DNA of 64,000 nucleotides from Nageia nagi (lineage: Eukaryota; Plantae; Pinophyta): contig JBITNC010000001.1 of assembly GCA_050084985.1 (NCBI GenBank), positions 197,284,001 through 197,348,000 of the forward strand, given 5' to 3'. Every line of letters starts with the position of its first letter. Position 1 is the stretch's first letter. The notes beneath the pieces were generated by a model, which had not been told where the DNA came from, did not search any database, and saw only the letters and a list, made by a program, of their open reading frames with translations. The position numbers and the translations under genes are program-made. This document shows, in pieces, positions 12,715 to 25,479 of the stretch.

Positions 12715-14315
12715 ATTGGTTCCTCCAAATGCTAGTTGTAAGCTTTGTGAAAGTTAATCTTGTTTTCTTCTATTTTTCTCCATGTCAAAAAATTCTCAAT
12801 GTATGATATAAGCATGATCATTTAAAGTTGGTATAATCTTTATTATGGTTAGTATTCAAACTTACTTCAGCTCAAAGTTGGTAAAAGTCCAAAGAGAAAT
12901 ATAAAGCCAAAACTTTTAAATATAAATATTACATAATGATAGAAAGGAGGAGGATGGAATACTTAGAAGGCTTGTGCCATATTCTAGATCATCAACAAAA
13001 GTCATGAAATCCTAGATCTCATAGCATCTTGAAGGATGTGTCATTAGAGAGATAATTAAATTTTAACTTAGTAAGAAAAAAAACGAGTTTGCTATCTCCC
13101 ACCTCCCTCGTACATATTGAAGAAAAGTATTTATAATAACATACTTTTGTAACAAAATCAAAATAACTTCTTGTTGATGCCCTAAATGACCTTTAACAAC
13201 TTATTCTAAATACATTGCTCAAAACTAGGATTCAAATATATCCTATCTTTATTACAAAAGATGTTGAACTGTATATAAACTAAACTCAATCAACAAATAC
13301 ACTAGATTCCAAAATAAGTATTTTGAAAAATTCAATATTGTTTTCCTCATGCTAAAGTAAATCCACCAATCATCCTCGAATCTTGATGTTGAATATTTCC
13401 ACAAGAAACCTTGGTAACATATAATGAATTTTTGGCTATGTGTGAATCATGCCTCATCAATTCCAAAGTTGAAGACATTCCATTGAAATCTTGGTTGTAT
13501 ATAGAAATGGTTGTGCTTTGTTGACTGCAATGTATGGACATGGATGCACTCTCCTTCTTGGAAGGTTGGTCCTAAAAATACTTCTTGAACCTGTGAATAT
13601 CTTGCAAACTAATTCTAGCATGAAAAATGGTATTTCCAGCATGTAAAAATATCATGCCTAGCCTCCACCATATGATGTTTTATCCTTTAAGAATCTTTGG
13701 CAAATGAAAATCATTGATGTTGAAATATATATTTAAACCTTTTTCTTTGGGGAACTTATTTTCAAAAGGTAATATTAATAAGGCTTGACAAATATATATA
13801 AAATACTTTTATCATAGCCTTTTAATACGAATTATGCAAGCGACTTGGCCTTAATAATGTAAAAACACAAAGATGTTAGCAAATAACAAAGTATAGCATT
13901 TACAATTTAATAAACTAGTTAGCATATATAATATGTAATGTATTTATTAAAGTATCCTTTTAGTGCATCATTAAAATGGTATTTTTATGTTAAAATCAAG
14001 ACCATCTCTTGTCTCATCATTCTCCCACACTTAGCTTGTTGTTGCTCTTGTAGCAACCTTACTCTGCATAAGTATCCTCAGTAACCAGGTGGCCTTCATT
14101 TTTAACAAGAAGGATCTCATTCAACTAAAAGTGCAATTCATAAGATAATAGCCTCAACTAGTTGTATGACATTCATGAATGTAGTTTGCACATGTGTATT
14201 GATGTTTCTTTACAACCATACAAAATTACTTAATTTCTCAATCAACATAAGAAAAACAACATCAACTTAAGTAGCATTTTCTTTCCTACTTTAACTCTGT
14301 TATGCCTAGTGTCTA

Positions 14316-15104
14316 TGTGATGTTCCTAAATTATTATTGTTCCAAATTATTATTCAATCAAGAAATTAACAAGAAAATTAGCAAGATCTATAAATTTATA
14401 TCAAAAAATATCCAATGCATACGCCAAATGGAGAAATAATGCCAACGTATCAGTATATAGCAAGAAATGATCAAGATACAACCCAAATGGCCCAAGAGGG
14501 CAAAAATTTGGCTCATTGGACCAGATCTAGGGCATAATATCTCCAAATGCTGACATCACACTCCTAAGTCCTTCAAACCCAAAATCAAGCTGCAAGACTG
14601 TATGGTCTAAGGATTTTCATCCTTAGCGAAAGCCAATTGAGGGCTACATCATACTAAACTCTTCTTCACATCGAGTTTTTGTACAATGAGAGGCCCAAGA
14701 GATGGCATTGCCTCGAAGATAGAAGATGTCAAAAAATGCTTAAGATTCCTTCTTACTCCTTAGCTAACCATATAAATAGGTTTCCCTCAAGGTTGGGCAT
14801 CCACACACCCCTTAAGGAGATGTTATAATTAGGTGCCTATGTCATGCATAGGGATCTCACCAAATCATATGCTCATATTCTAATCATGCATTATGCCTTG
14901 GGATCCATACTATTACACTTAAATGCTCCTAATCTACCTATAGAAGGGAGATGTCCCACTTTGGAGCTCAAAATTGGTCCATGGGACCCATAAGTCTCCT
15001 ATCCCAAGTTACAATGATGCTAAAGTACACATGCAATAAATAAAAAATAATCCTAACTAAAAATGTACCCTTAAAATGAACGACTTCTAAAAGGGGACAT
15101 CACA
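14316..15104 (-). repeat. 3' LTR of C
   Basis: TGTGATGTTCC...GGACATCACA, collinear with 35803-36603 (about 15% mismatches in the first 180 bp). Confidence 0.9.
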
Positions 15105-17125
15105 GTCCTCCCTTCCCATATTGCTTGACCCCAAGCAATGTAAGATTGTTGTATATCATAAATTCTCCAAAGTGATGAAGTTTTATCTTCAACGTATAAT
15201 TGGCAACATCAAAATCCATACATGATGTGAATGATTTTTGATGTACCATCTTCATCATGTTAACTTCATTCTTCATATAAGCATATACAAATTCTACTAA
15301 CTCATGTCTAGCCTCTATATGAGCATATATAAAATCTACTAACTTGTGTCTAGCTTCCATATGAGCATATATGAAATCTACTAACTCATGTCTCCCATAC
15401 TTAGCTTTGATGCATAATTGATCACAATCTAAGGGAGAAAAGGATGTAGCAGGTTTTTCCCTATTCTCCATGTCAACCATCCAACAACCTACAAATTTCA
15501 AGCATGTGTCAACGTGTACCCAAAAGACTACCAATGTTGGATCTTCATTAACACACCCTAGCAATGCCAAGAATCTCACCAAACTAGTCTCCAACTGAGA
15601 AACCAATAAATTAGTCTCAATAATCCACACAATTTCCCTTTCTCTTCCATATTGTATTTCTATCTTGCTCCTCTTCAATGCAATCCATAAAAAATAGAAG
15701 AAAGCTTCAAAAACTCTACCATAGAACTCCCAAACATTCTCATCTTCAGTGGTATCCAATTCATCATCAAGGGAAGTCATGATATGACCAAGTTCCATCA
15801 ATGAATCACTTTTACTCTTGCAATGAGAATTCCTTCAAGTAGTCTTGAAGCAAGTCATTAAGGTCCTTCCAACCATCAATGTAGTCCTCCACACATGCAT
15901 CCTAGTGTACAAGCCATCAACAAGTGGTGCAAAAATAATGTTCTTTACAATCTTTATGAGATGGAGTAGATCTGTGATGTCCCTTAATGCAAGAGGACCT
16001 ACTATCAACCTTGTGTCCATTCCCCAACCACATGCAACCTTTGGATGTGTTAATACCTCCAAGCTCAAAATGAAGTTAGAAACCAATAAATCAAAATGAT
16101 CATGCAAAACATACCTCCCCAAAATAAAATGAACATCTTCTTGGCTGATGGATTGATGATCCAAGGGTGCGAAAATGCTTCTAAGTCCCCTAGGAACCCA
16201 GCAATCCATATCCTTACTTGAAGAGTTCTCTTCTCCCCCTACATCCTTCGTGCCTAACCATCCACCTTCATGTACAAGCTCCAAATGACTAGATGAAGCT
16301 TGAGGAAAGTAATCTTTGATGCCTTGCAGTGTGTACTCCTTCCCATCCACATCAAATTTCATCACCATCTTCTAATAATTTGAGCATATATCTCCTAGTT
16401 TATATAACCATTGCACTCCTAAAATCAAGTGCAAAATACCTTCCAAGGGGTATATGTATATGTCCTCCCTTGCGACATAGTCCTAGATTCTTATGCCAAA
16501 CTTTTCCATTATTTTTTCCACCATTGTGAGTTTCCCATTGGCATTTGTCACATAGAACCCTTCAAAATCCTTGGTCTTGAGTCCTTTTTTATGCACAAAT
16601 TCCTCATCAATGAAGTTATTCGTAGCTCCTGGATCTATCAACACCATCACTGCTTGATTCATGACCATTCCCTTTACCTTGAGCATGAAGTATTTGGGTA
16701 CTCCACAAAGTGATGTGATCATTCCTTCTATGGCATCCTTACCACCAGGAGTAGGACATTCTTGCTACAAGTCCAATCCTTCGAAATCCAACTCCAAATA
16801 TGAATCATCATCCTATGAAATCACTTCGATGTAATGGAATTGTACCTTACCCAAACGTCTATGACCACACTCCCAAGGCTGCATGCAACTGAAACATAAT
16901 TTTTTCTTCCTTAATTCATTCATTATCTCTTGATTTTCCTTGCTTTATCTTGGTGGATGACTTCTCTTAACTATTAGAGGTCTCATATCCTACATCCCTC
17001 TCCTTGGCTTCCCCATCTTAGTTGGAAAAGTGGTCCACATTATACCCATCTCTAGATCCAACGCCCTCTTAATTGCATCTTACAACTTTGTTGGATAAAA
17101 AGCTTTTATTAACCCTCTTAATGGT
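15100..17125 (-). pseudogene. C: gag C-terminus, protease and in-frame unknown extension
   Basis: PLRGLIKA gag motif, VLIDPGATNNFID protease; ORFs 16483-16722, 15835-16368 and 15100-15801 share one frame. Confidence 0.85.
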
Positions 17126-18165
17126 GTTGCTAATGCTTGGGATAGAAATAATAAAGGTCTCTATGAGCCCCAAGTGGGGTATCTTCCTCCCATGCATAAG
17201 CTAGCATGATTTAATGTTATTTTATGTACTTAGAGGTCCCAACAATTGATTGTGGGAATCCCAAGGCCTTGTATGGACATGGAAATAGGATCTAAGCACA
17301 TGTATGACTCTTAGAAACCCAACACATGATATGGGGGGACTTCTAGGACCCCAATGTTGGACTTGGAAGTATCCCATCACCCTTGGAGGCCCACATCATA
17401 TTTTAGGGAGGCTCTACACCTCACACATGAGCATTTATGACATGTTTGAGACTTTTGAGGTTCCTTAGGAGGATAAAGTTGGATAGGGGAGGCATGGATG
17501 ATTCTGAGGTGATGTTCTAGATCCAAGCTTAAGCTATATTAGGCATTGAAGCATCATTGCATGCATATACTTAGTTTGATAATATTTTTCCTACCATCAA
17601 GTGGACACAAGTCTTGGTGCAATGTCAAGTAATCTTCCCCTAGGTGTAACGTCTAGGAGGGTTAGTAGGCTAAGGGATCTTGCTAATATATGGCTAAGGT
17701 GTAGCATCTTAGTCCATTCGATGGTATTTTGAGGTTGCACTTATACCTTTAGTTGTTTATAAGCATGGGAGTTCTATAACAGAGCATCCAAAATTGAGGG
17801 AGTGTGGTTTTTCCATCCATTGTTCTAGCAGTGATCATGCTTGCATATTCTAATACCCTAGTTAGCTCCTTAGAGGCCAATGTTGGGCCCTTTTGGCCTG
17901 ATATTGTATCATTTTCCATTTCTCATCATTAATACAACCATGGGCATCTTGGATCTTAGTACTTGTCTCTATGTTTTATGTGTATGTTTCCATCCTTGCA
18001 ACATTTGGCTATTTTATGTATTCATGCTTGCATATGTGAGATGTTGGTATTCTTAGCTTATAATTGCAACATTTTGATGCTTTAGTCTAAATATGTGTGT
18101 ATATATGCTTGTATTTGATAATTAATTAGCTTATTTACACTTGTGATTATGTTTGGGATCTTACA
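17126..18165 (+). repeat. 5' LTR of D (first ~87 bp deleted)
   Basis: Matches 21393-21656 plus 33899-34676; ends GGGATCTTACA. Confidence 0.88.
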
Positions 18166-18336
18166 GTGGTATCAGAGCTTGGATTTGGTCAACTTATGAA
18201 TGAGACTTGCAGTTCACAATTACTATACTAGATCTAGCACCAAAAGAGAGATGCATTCGGATAAGAAGAGCAGAAAGAGGGGGATGCAATATGATGAAAT
18301 CCCAACCAAAACCACTTAGTATGAAGATCATAGGAA

Positions 18337-20243
18337 TTGATGGATGACCTCCTTGACAAGGATACTTTTGGTGAAGAGAATGAGATGAAAAGAGGCAGAT
18401 CTAGGAGAAGAAGCTCCACCCCAGCTAGAGAATCCATGTTAGAGAGGAAGTTTAATGAACTCATTTCAATTGTACATAATATGAAATGTATAATGAAGAA
18501 TCAAATGATTGCCATCAATAAATTCATTGAAAGGTAAGAAGCTACAAAAAGGCATATGAGCCCTCCAAATTCGACTCTAGATGAATTAGAAGAACCAAGG
18601 GAGGAGGAAAGAATGGAGGATCCAATTTTGAGGAGATCACACACCTTAAGAGATAGAGGGTCCACTCATAATGGATCCATGAGTCATCAAGAGCATGTAT
18701 TTATGAGATCCCCTTCTCATAGATCCTTGCATGGAACTAACCCTCTCATAGGGAGGTTTCTGGAAGAGGACATTGGGAAGATAGGGGAGCAGCCCATCAT
18801 TCCCAAATCATCTAAACCCTTCTTCACCAGAAATTCCATCAATGAGGTAAAGAACCAGATCCCAAGTCCTCTTGAGTTGAATCAAATATTTAGGGAGCAT
18901 TCCATGTTAGCTATGGGATTGAGGAGGGATATAAATTTCAATGGCTATCTGGAGATCTTGGGGTTAAAGGGAGGTAGCTCTCATGGCACCAACTCCCAAG
19001 GTAATTTGTGGGGTGACAAGAGCGAGTTATAATAAAAAATCAACCAAATGCAGGTGCCCATTTATGATGATAAGAAAATGATGGCTAGGGATTGGCTCTA
19101 TCAGTTGTAGAAATACTTCAACCTAAGTTTGAACAAGTTGGAGGAGAATGCAATTCATTTTTCATTGTTTCATTCTAAGGGAGATGCCCTTAAATGGTGG
19201 TAGCATGGAGTAGTCAATTAGGATTACTCCCATATTGCCTCTTTTGATGAATTTCTTGAAGGTTAGTAAAGTTGTTTAATAGGAAGAGGGGAAATGACTA
19301 CTTCAGAGAGTTAACATGTCTAAAACAACAAGGTATAATGGATGAATAAGTATTAGAATTCTAAAAAATTACAATCATGATTAACAACATCTTTGAGGAG
19401 AGATTGACCTTCCTCTTCATAGAAGGGTTGATGGAACCCTTGCAAGTAATGGTGAAGGTATCCATACCATGAACCCTTGATTACACAATTAGGGTCGCTT
19501 ATGACTTGGATCCAATAATGATGTCCCTCAAGGGAGGGAAAATATACAAGGGGTAGGCCACTTGAAAGTTGGTTGCAAAGAAAGAAGGGCCTAGTAGTTC
19601 AAACCCTTTCCCCCTTTGCTAATAGCCTAGTTAGAAGCAACTACCAGAAGGAAATTAAGAGAAGGAAAATGCTTCTACTACAAGAAGATATGGGAGATAG
19701 AACACTATTACCAAGGCAAAGGATAGGTGCACTATAGTGAAGTGCTTTTTGATGGAGAGGAGGATGATTTAGACTTGGATCTTGGTACGAACATGTTGGA
19801 CTAGACTAAAGCACCTAAGGTAGAGGCATCACTTGGGAGCATGATTGCTTCACTTTATGAAGTAAAAAAGTACTTCACGTTGAAGGTGGTTGGGCAAGTA
19901 GGTGGGCAAGATGTATGGTCTTAATTGAACTTGGAGACTCTTATAATTTCATTAATGAAGGTTTTGTAGAGAAGGGCCTCAAGATGAAAGGGTTCTAAGG
20001 ATTCAAAGTTTCTAATGCCAATGGGAAACTCACATTGGTAGACCAAATTGTGGAGAGATTTGGGGTGAGATTACAAAGCTACATAGTGAGAAAAAAATTC
20101 TATGTATATCTTTTGAAGGGAAATCCTCACATAATCTTGGGTGTGCAATGGTTATTTGAATTGGATGACATTCACACCAACTACAAGAATCTCATTATGA
20201 GTTTTGACATTGATGATAAGATCCACACTCTGCAAGGGATTTG
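18337..20243 (+). pseudogene. Gag and protease of D
   Basis: N-terminal segment clearly homologous to B (RSHTLRDRGSTHNGSM / RSHSLRDQESTHHGSM), ALKWW gag motif, IILGVQWL protease end. Confidence 0.9.
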
Positions 20244-20320
20244 AGATGAATAACCAAAAGTCACCAACAAGATATTGGAGGTGATTGGAAAACACCATAA
20301 AGGGAATTGGAAAGAGGATG

Positions 20321-20860
20321 AGTCAACATTGGGCAGGAAGGTAGTATGGTATCCCATATTGAACATGGAGGGGCCTTGGTACTAGATGTTGAGCAATGAG
20401 GAGCTCTTACACCCCACATTATGCCTGAAGAGGCTTAGGCATCCAAGGATATACATGGAGGAATTTTGGTATCCCACATTGGGCTTAGAGAGGTTTGAGC
20501 ACTCAACATTGAACATAGAGGAGTTTTGGTACCCCACATTGGGCTTTAAGTGGTTTGGGCACCAAATGATGGGTGTGGAGAAGTCTTGAAATCCCACATT
20601 GGATATGGAGAGGCTTGGACACCCAACATTGGACATAAGGGAGTCTTTTCATCCCATGTTGGGATTGAAAAGACTTGGGCAACCAACTATGAAAATAGAA
20701 GAATCTTGACATTCCCAATTGAGCATGAAGGGACCAAAATACCTCATGTTAAGTTTGGAGGGAGTCTGGAATCCCACATTGGATATAAGGAAGAAATGGA
20801 GCCCCACTTTAGAAACAAGATGAGTTTGGAACCAAATGTTGAGCTTGGGGAAGTCTTGGA
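20321..20860 (+). repeat. 30-bp tandem array (17-18 units, no indels) encoding 10-aa repeats
   Basis: ATCCCACATTGG-like core every 30 bp; EEFWYPTLGL ERFEHSTLNI EEFWYPTLGF; in frame with protease ORF 20035-20244. Confidence 0.9.
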
Positions 20861-21305
20861 AACAACCATGGAGCAAAGGCTCCACCTTTTCTCACTCATG
20901 CTTGCTCTTCTTGATTTTTTTGCAAGTATATCTTTCATAAGTATTCCACATGATCACCATCGCAAATGGATGCTAATTATGGAAGTATGCATCAACATTT
21001 CTGCATACAATCTATTGTCTTCTAAGCATTGTTACACTAGAATATTTGCAAGCATTTTTGTGCTTAATGTGGATTGCTAGAAGCAGATTAAACCTCAACA
21101 ATATATCAAAATTTTTGCATGCAGTGTTGACTCATGAGAAGGGAACTCCAATGTTTGATACATGATCTTCATTATCGGGGAGATTTATTGAAGTTGCATT
21201 CCACTTCAGCAAACTACAATTGACAAAGGTAAAGGATTCTTGGAAGATAATATTTGGTGTTATTCTACAATTGCTTGAGGGAAAGCAATTCAAGAGGGTA
21301 GGCTT

Positions 21306-21656
21306 TGTAACACCTTCTTTTGTAAAATATAATTAATTATGGAATCATATGGATTCCCCTTTGTAAACATTTATTTATTTCTTCATGCATTAGTTGTTAG
21401 TACTTTGGATTGAAATAATAAATGTCCTTTGGACCGAACTGTGAGCTCCAAGTGAGATGTCTTTCTCCCAAGCATAGGCTAGCATGATTTAATGTTATTT
21501 TATGTACTTGGAGATCTCAAGAATTAATTGTGGGAATTCAAAGACTTTATATGGACATGAAAATAGGATCTAGGAACATGTATGACTCCTAGAAACCCAA
21601 TGCATGACATGGGGGAACTTCTAGGACCCCAAAGTTGGACTTGGAGGCATCCAATC
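21306..21656 (+). repeat. 3' LTR of D, first part
   Basis: Begins TGTAAC after GAGGGTAGGCTT; interrupted by E. Confidence 0.88.
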
Positions 21657-22348
21657 TGTAGATAATAAATTGTGTAAATAGCTAATATAAACACAAAAAA
21701 ATCTACTAGAAAAACACTGATTCAAATCTATAATTAAATGCATGAAAAGTTTGTACTTGATAATGATATGATAATCCTCAGGATGTAGCAAAGAAGTATG
21801 GAGGATTGGATTAGATCAGAGATGGGATTCAACAAGGGTAATGGATCATGCATAATTAAATAATGTCTCCTATATTCATAGCTTTGGATCATGGATTCAC
21901 ACAGTGTGGGGGCATATGAACACTACAACATGGATTCTATAAAACTTGTAGAATTAGAAGACACACAAGATAAAACATATAGTAATAGCTCAAAGCAAAC
22001 AAATCTTCAAATAGGTGGCATCAAAAGACATTGTAAGTTTGATTATATGAGACAACCACTTATTAGGAAGATCCGATAGGGATGTCAACTTTCAACTCTT
22101 GTATTTATAACTTGCAAGGAAATATAAAGGAGTAAAAAGCTAATTCTTATCAATAGTATAATCATTGTTATATTTAAGATACTTTAAAATATAAACCATG
22201 GTAAATTATATAGCATTTATTATAACACATGGTATTGCATTATAATATCAATTTTATCTTGGCATTTGTAATATTTATTTTAATACTTTTAAAGATATCT
22301 AAAATATGATTTATTAAATAAATAATAAATCATTTTTAGATGTCTACA
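21657..22348 (-). repeat. 3' LTR of E
   Basis: TGTAGATAAT...GTCTACA, collinear with 33202-33898. Confidence 0.92.
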
Positions 22349-24779
22349 TTTTCCCCTCTTTGGATATGGAACAAATAGTATTGAAATTGCATAATCCAAA
22401 GAATTTTGTAGAAGTGAAAAATTTTCATAGTCGAAGTAAACTTCCCTTTTAAGATTCATTTGCTAAATATGATATCTCATTTTCTCCCTTTTGGTCTAGA
22501 ATGGCCTCTCGCTCTTTAGAACAAAATGTTATCCTTCATACGAAGCAACCTACTAGGCACCATAGAGGTCCTAAACTCCAAGATAATCTATGAAAATAAA
22601 AGAAATAATACATGCATAAATCACATCCATGATAATGATTTTCACATTCAAAGAAGCAAGGATGAAATAAATATAATATTTCCTTTTTAGACTAATGTTA
22701 TTGTAACATATAGTCTACAATCATTTACCTGATGAGGTATTTCAATATGCCCCAAGATTTCCATTTCCTTTTTATCATTTTGACTTGCAATTTTGAAGAC
22801 ATTGTGCTCATGGGGTTGCCATGGCCTAAAAATGTAAAATATTATTAATGTTACATGCATTGCAAAATAATCATTTAAAATTGTATGCATTTTAATTACT
22901 ATATGCCCCATTTTCAAACATATAATGTCCTAAAATCAATAAATAATAGAATTAACACATCGTAAACATTGTAAATAACCATAATTTGCATGTTATAGAT
23001 GCATTGATTTTCATGTAGTTATCAAAATTTTCTTTTCACTTTTATTTATTCATATCATTTTCAAGAATATTTGAGAAAAAATGGCATTTTCATAAACCCA
23101 TTAAATAACATGTTAATGTTTTTCCCCTTGTATTAAATTTCATTAAAGGTATGGTGTGGATGTTGCCATTTTTGTCGAATTTGGTATGCCACAAGATATT
23201 TTAACATATAGAATAAAATTTCTCATCTTGTAGAGTAGAAAAAATCATCATTTTTATACTCCATTACAAAGAAAATATCAAAAGGGGTTCATACCTCAGA
23301 TTATGAGCCAAAATAAATTTTTAAAAGATAAAATTAATCTTATCACTTTCACTTTCCCTTCGACTCGTTGAGCTGGAGGAGCTATCGACCATTTCTCCAA
23401 CCATCTCCTCTAGCTTGTATATTATTTTTTTTAGGTTGTAAGTGTTTGATTTGTTGCATGGGCCCTTCTAATTCCATTCTGATTATCATCTATTTGTTGT
23501 TGCTATTGAAATGGCCACCTGGCAAGCAATTGAGTTATCCTTGGCTCATAGACATGGGCATATAGTTGAGTGTAGACCTTAAATAATGCATAAATGATAA
23601 ATCAACACACTATTTGTCTACCATATGTAATTGAAGCATATATAAAGAATATGGAATCAAAGAAATAATGATAATCAATGTACCTTCATCACAATCGTAT
23701 GAACATGAAATAAAAGAAACCATCTATCAATCACCTCAATGCAGAATAAGAAAGGCACATCACCAGCAACCTAAGATAACACACCGTTATCTGATTGAAA
23801 TAAGCAAATCTATGAATGGAATAAGAAACATGCAAAAGTAAGATGAAGGGTTTAACATATCTATGCAGAGGTGGTGTTACAAAACATCATTGTTGGTAGG
23901 GTAGAATGATTTTGCATGTGTTGGTACTTCTCTTAGAATTTTTGATGCCCTCGCCTATGATCATATTCATGTTTCCTTTAATGTTTTTTTATAGCAATGC
24001 CCTAATCCTCTTTGATTCTTGGGATCATTGCACATTACATTATTTGTGGTGTCCTTCTTGACATTTGACACCTTTTACATTGTACAATGGTCCATTACAT
24101 TGATTACATTACCTTGGGTATATTTTAACCTCTTTTTACAATTAGTATCCTTGATGCTATAAAATGAATTATTTAATAAATAATAATTCATTTTTAGGTG
24201 TATACATTTTCCTCCTCTTTGGAGTTGTGATTGAAGCAATGAAATTACATGTCCAAATAAAAAGTATAGAATAAAAGTTTTGAGAAATTTGAACTCTTTA
24301 TCTGCACTGCCATTTGATGATGATGATGATGAGGGTCCTTTGCTACCCTCTTTTGGCTTGGTTGCCCCAAGAAGCCTCCTTGAATGGTGCAACCAAGATA
24401 AAATATGAAGAACTATGTCTCTTTTTCCTTTGTGATTTTTATGTCATGGAAGGAACTCTACTAGGAGGTAGTCTTATGGTCCCATGTCCAATCTGTGAAA
24501 TAAATGATGTTATTTTTCCCCTTGCACTATTCAACCATGAGTCTAGCCATTCCATCATTTTTGTTACTCAAAAAATTGATGCACTTACATCCATGCCTTG
24601 ATATAGAAGAGGTTGCTTTGTATGTGATGAAATTCCATTGATGTGGATACCATTGATGATGTAGGAACAATGAGCATGCTACTAATGGCATGAGTTTTGC
24701 AATATTTTTCTTTCTTCTCATGATGTAGATACTTGCAAAAAGGTGTTATATATACCCTATACAAAAATATTTTGGATAC

Positions 24780-25310
24780 AAAATGAGTTGTGTTGTTCAT
24801 TAATGATGAATCAATGTTAGCAATCTACTTATGGTTACATTTTTGATTTGACTTTTAAGTAAGTGAACTCTCACTAGTTGTATTGATGGCCATTGGCAGT
24901 CATACATCTTATGTATATGACCCAAAGACATTATGATTTGTATGGTTCAAACCAAAAACCATGTGGATACATAGCAAGTTGCATCATTCATTGATGATGA
25001 ATCAATTTTCACATCTTGCTTATGGTTGCATTATCGATTTGTCTTTTAAGTGAGTGAACTTCTCACTAGCTGTATCATTGTTGATCAGTAGTCATATGTT
25101 TTATGTCTATTACTCGAAGACATTATGCTTTGTATGGTTCAAAGAAAAAACACACTTAAAAAGTTGCATCATCTATTGATGATGAATCAATGTCCACATC
25201 TTGCATAGCTGCATCATTAGTTTATCTTTTAAGTGAGTGAACTCTCACTAGCCGTATTGTTGGCCATTGGTAACCTAGCATTTTATTTTCATGGTTCATA
25301 GATATTATAC
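24780..25310. repeat. About 185-190 bp tandem repeat, about 3 copies, in the 3' region of E
   Basis: GATGAATCAAT...TTTTAAGT(A/G)AGTGAACTCTCACTAG recurs near 24805, 24996 and 25181. Confidence 0.85.
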
Positions 25311-25479
25311 TTTCAAAAATATTTTTGTTTTTTTTTTAAGAATCCATGTAGTTGGCAATGTACATATAGTAATGCATGCTATTAGCTACATGAAAATAGT
25401 ATAACAAAATACAAAACTAAAAATGAAACTATGATATAGGTACCTTGCTCAAGATTTTTATCGTGTTACAAGGTATGAA

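Noticed and set aside
12715-13720. Very old minus-strand copia remnant (FMTFVDD near 13000; also 6460-7186)
   Set aside because: Only isolated short motifs and no consistent frame or domain order
14311-14315. TSD for element C (GTCTA vs TTTTG at 36604-36608)
   Set aside because: Three of five bases differ, so it cannot be claimed
20321-20860. CRISPR-like array (constant core plus variable spacer)
   Set aside because: The core is short and degenerate, whole units are mutually similar, there are no cas genes, and the context is a plant retroelement
24075-24800. Extra (env-like) ORF in the 3' region of E
   Set aside because: Short overlapping ORFs on both strands with no consistent frame or domain
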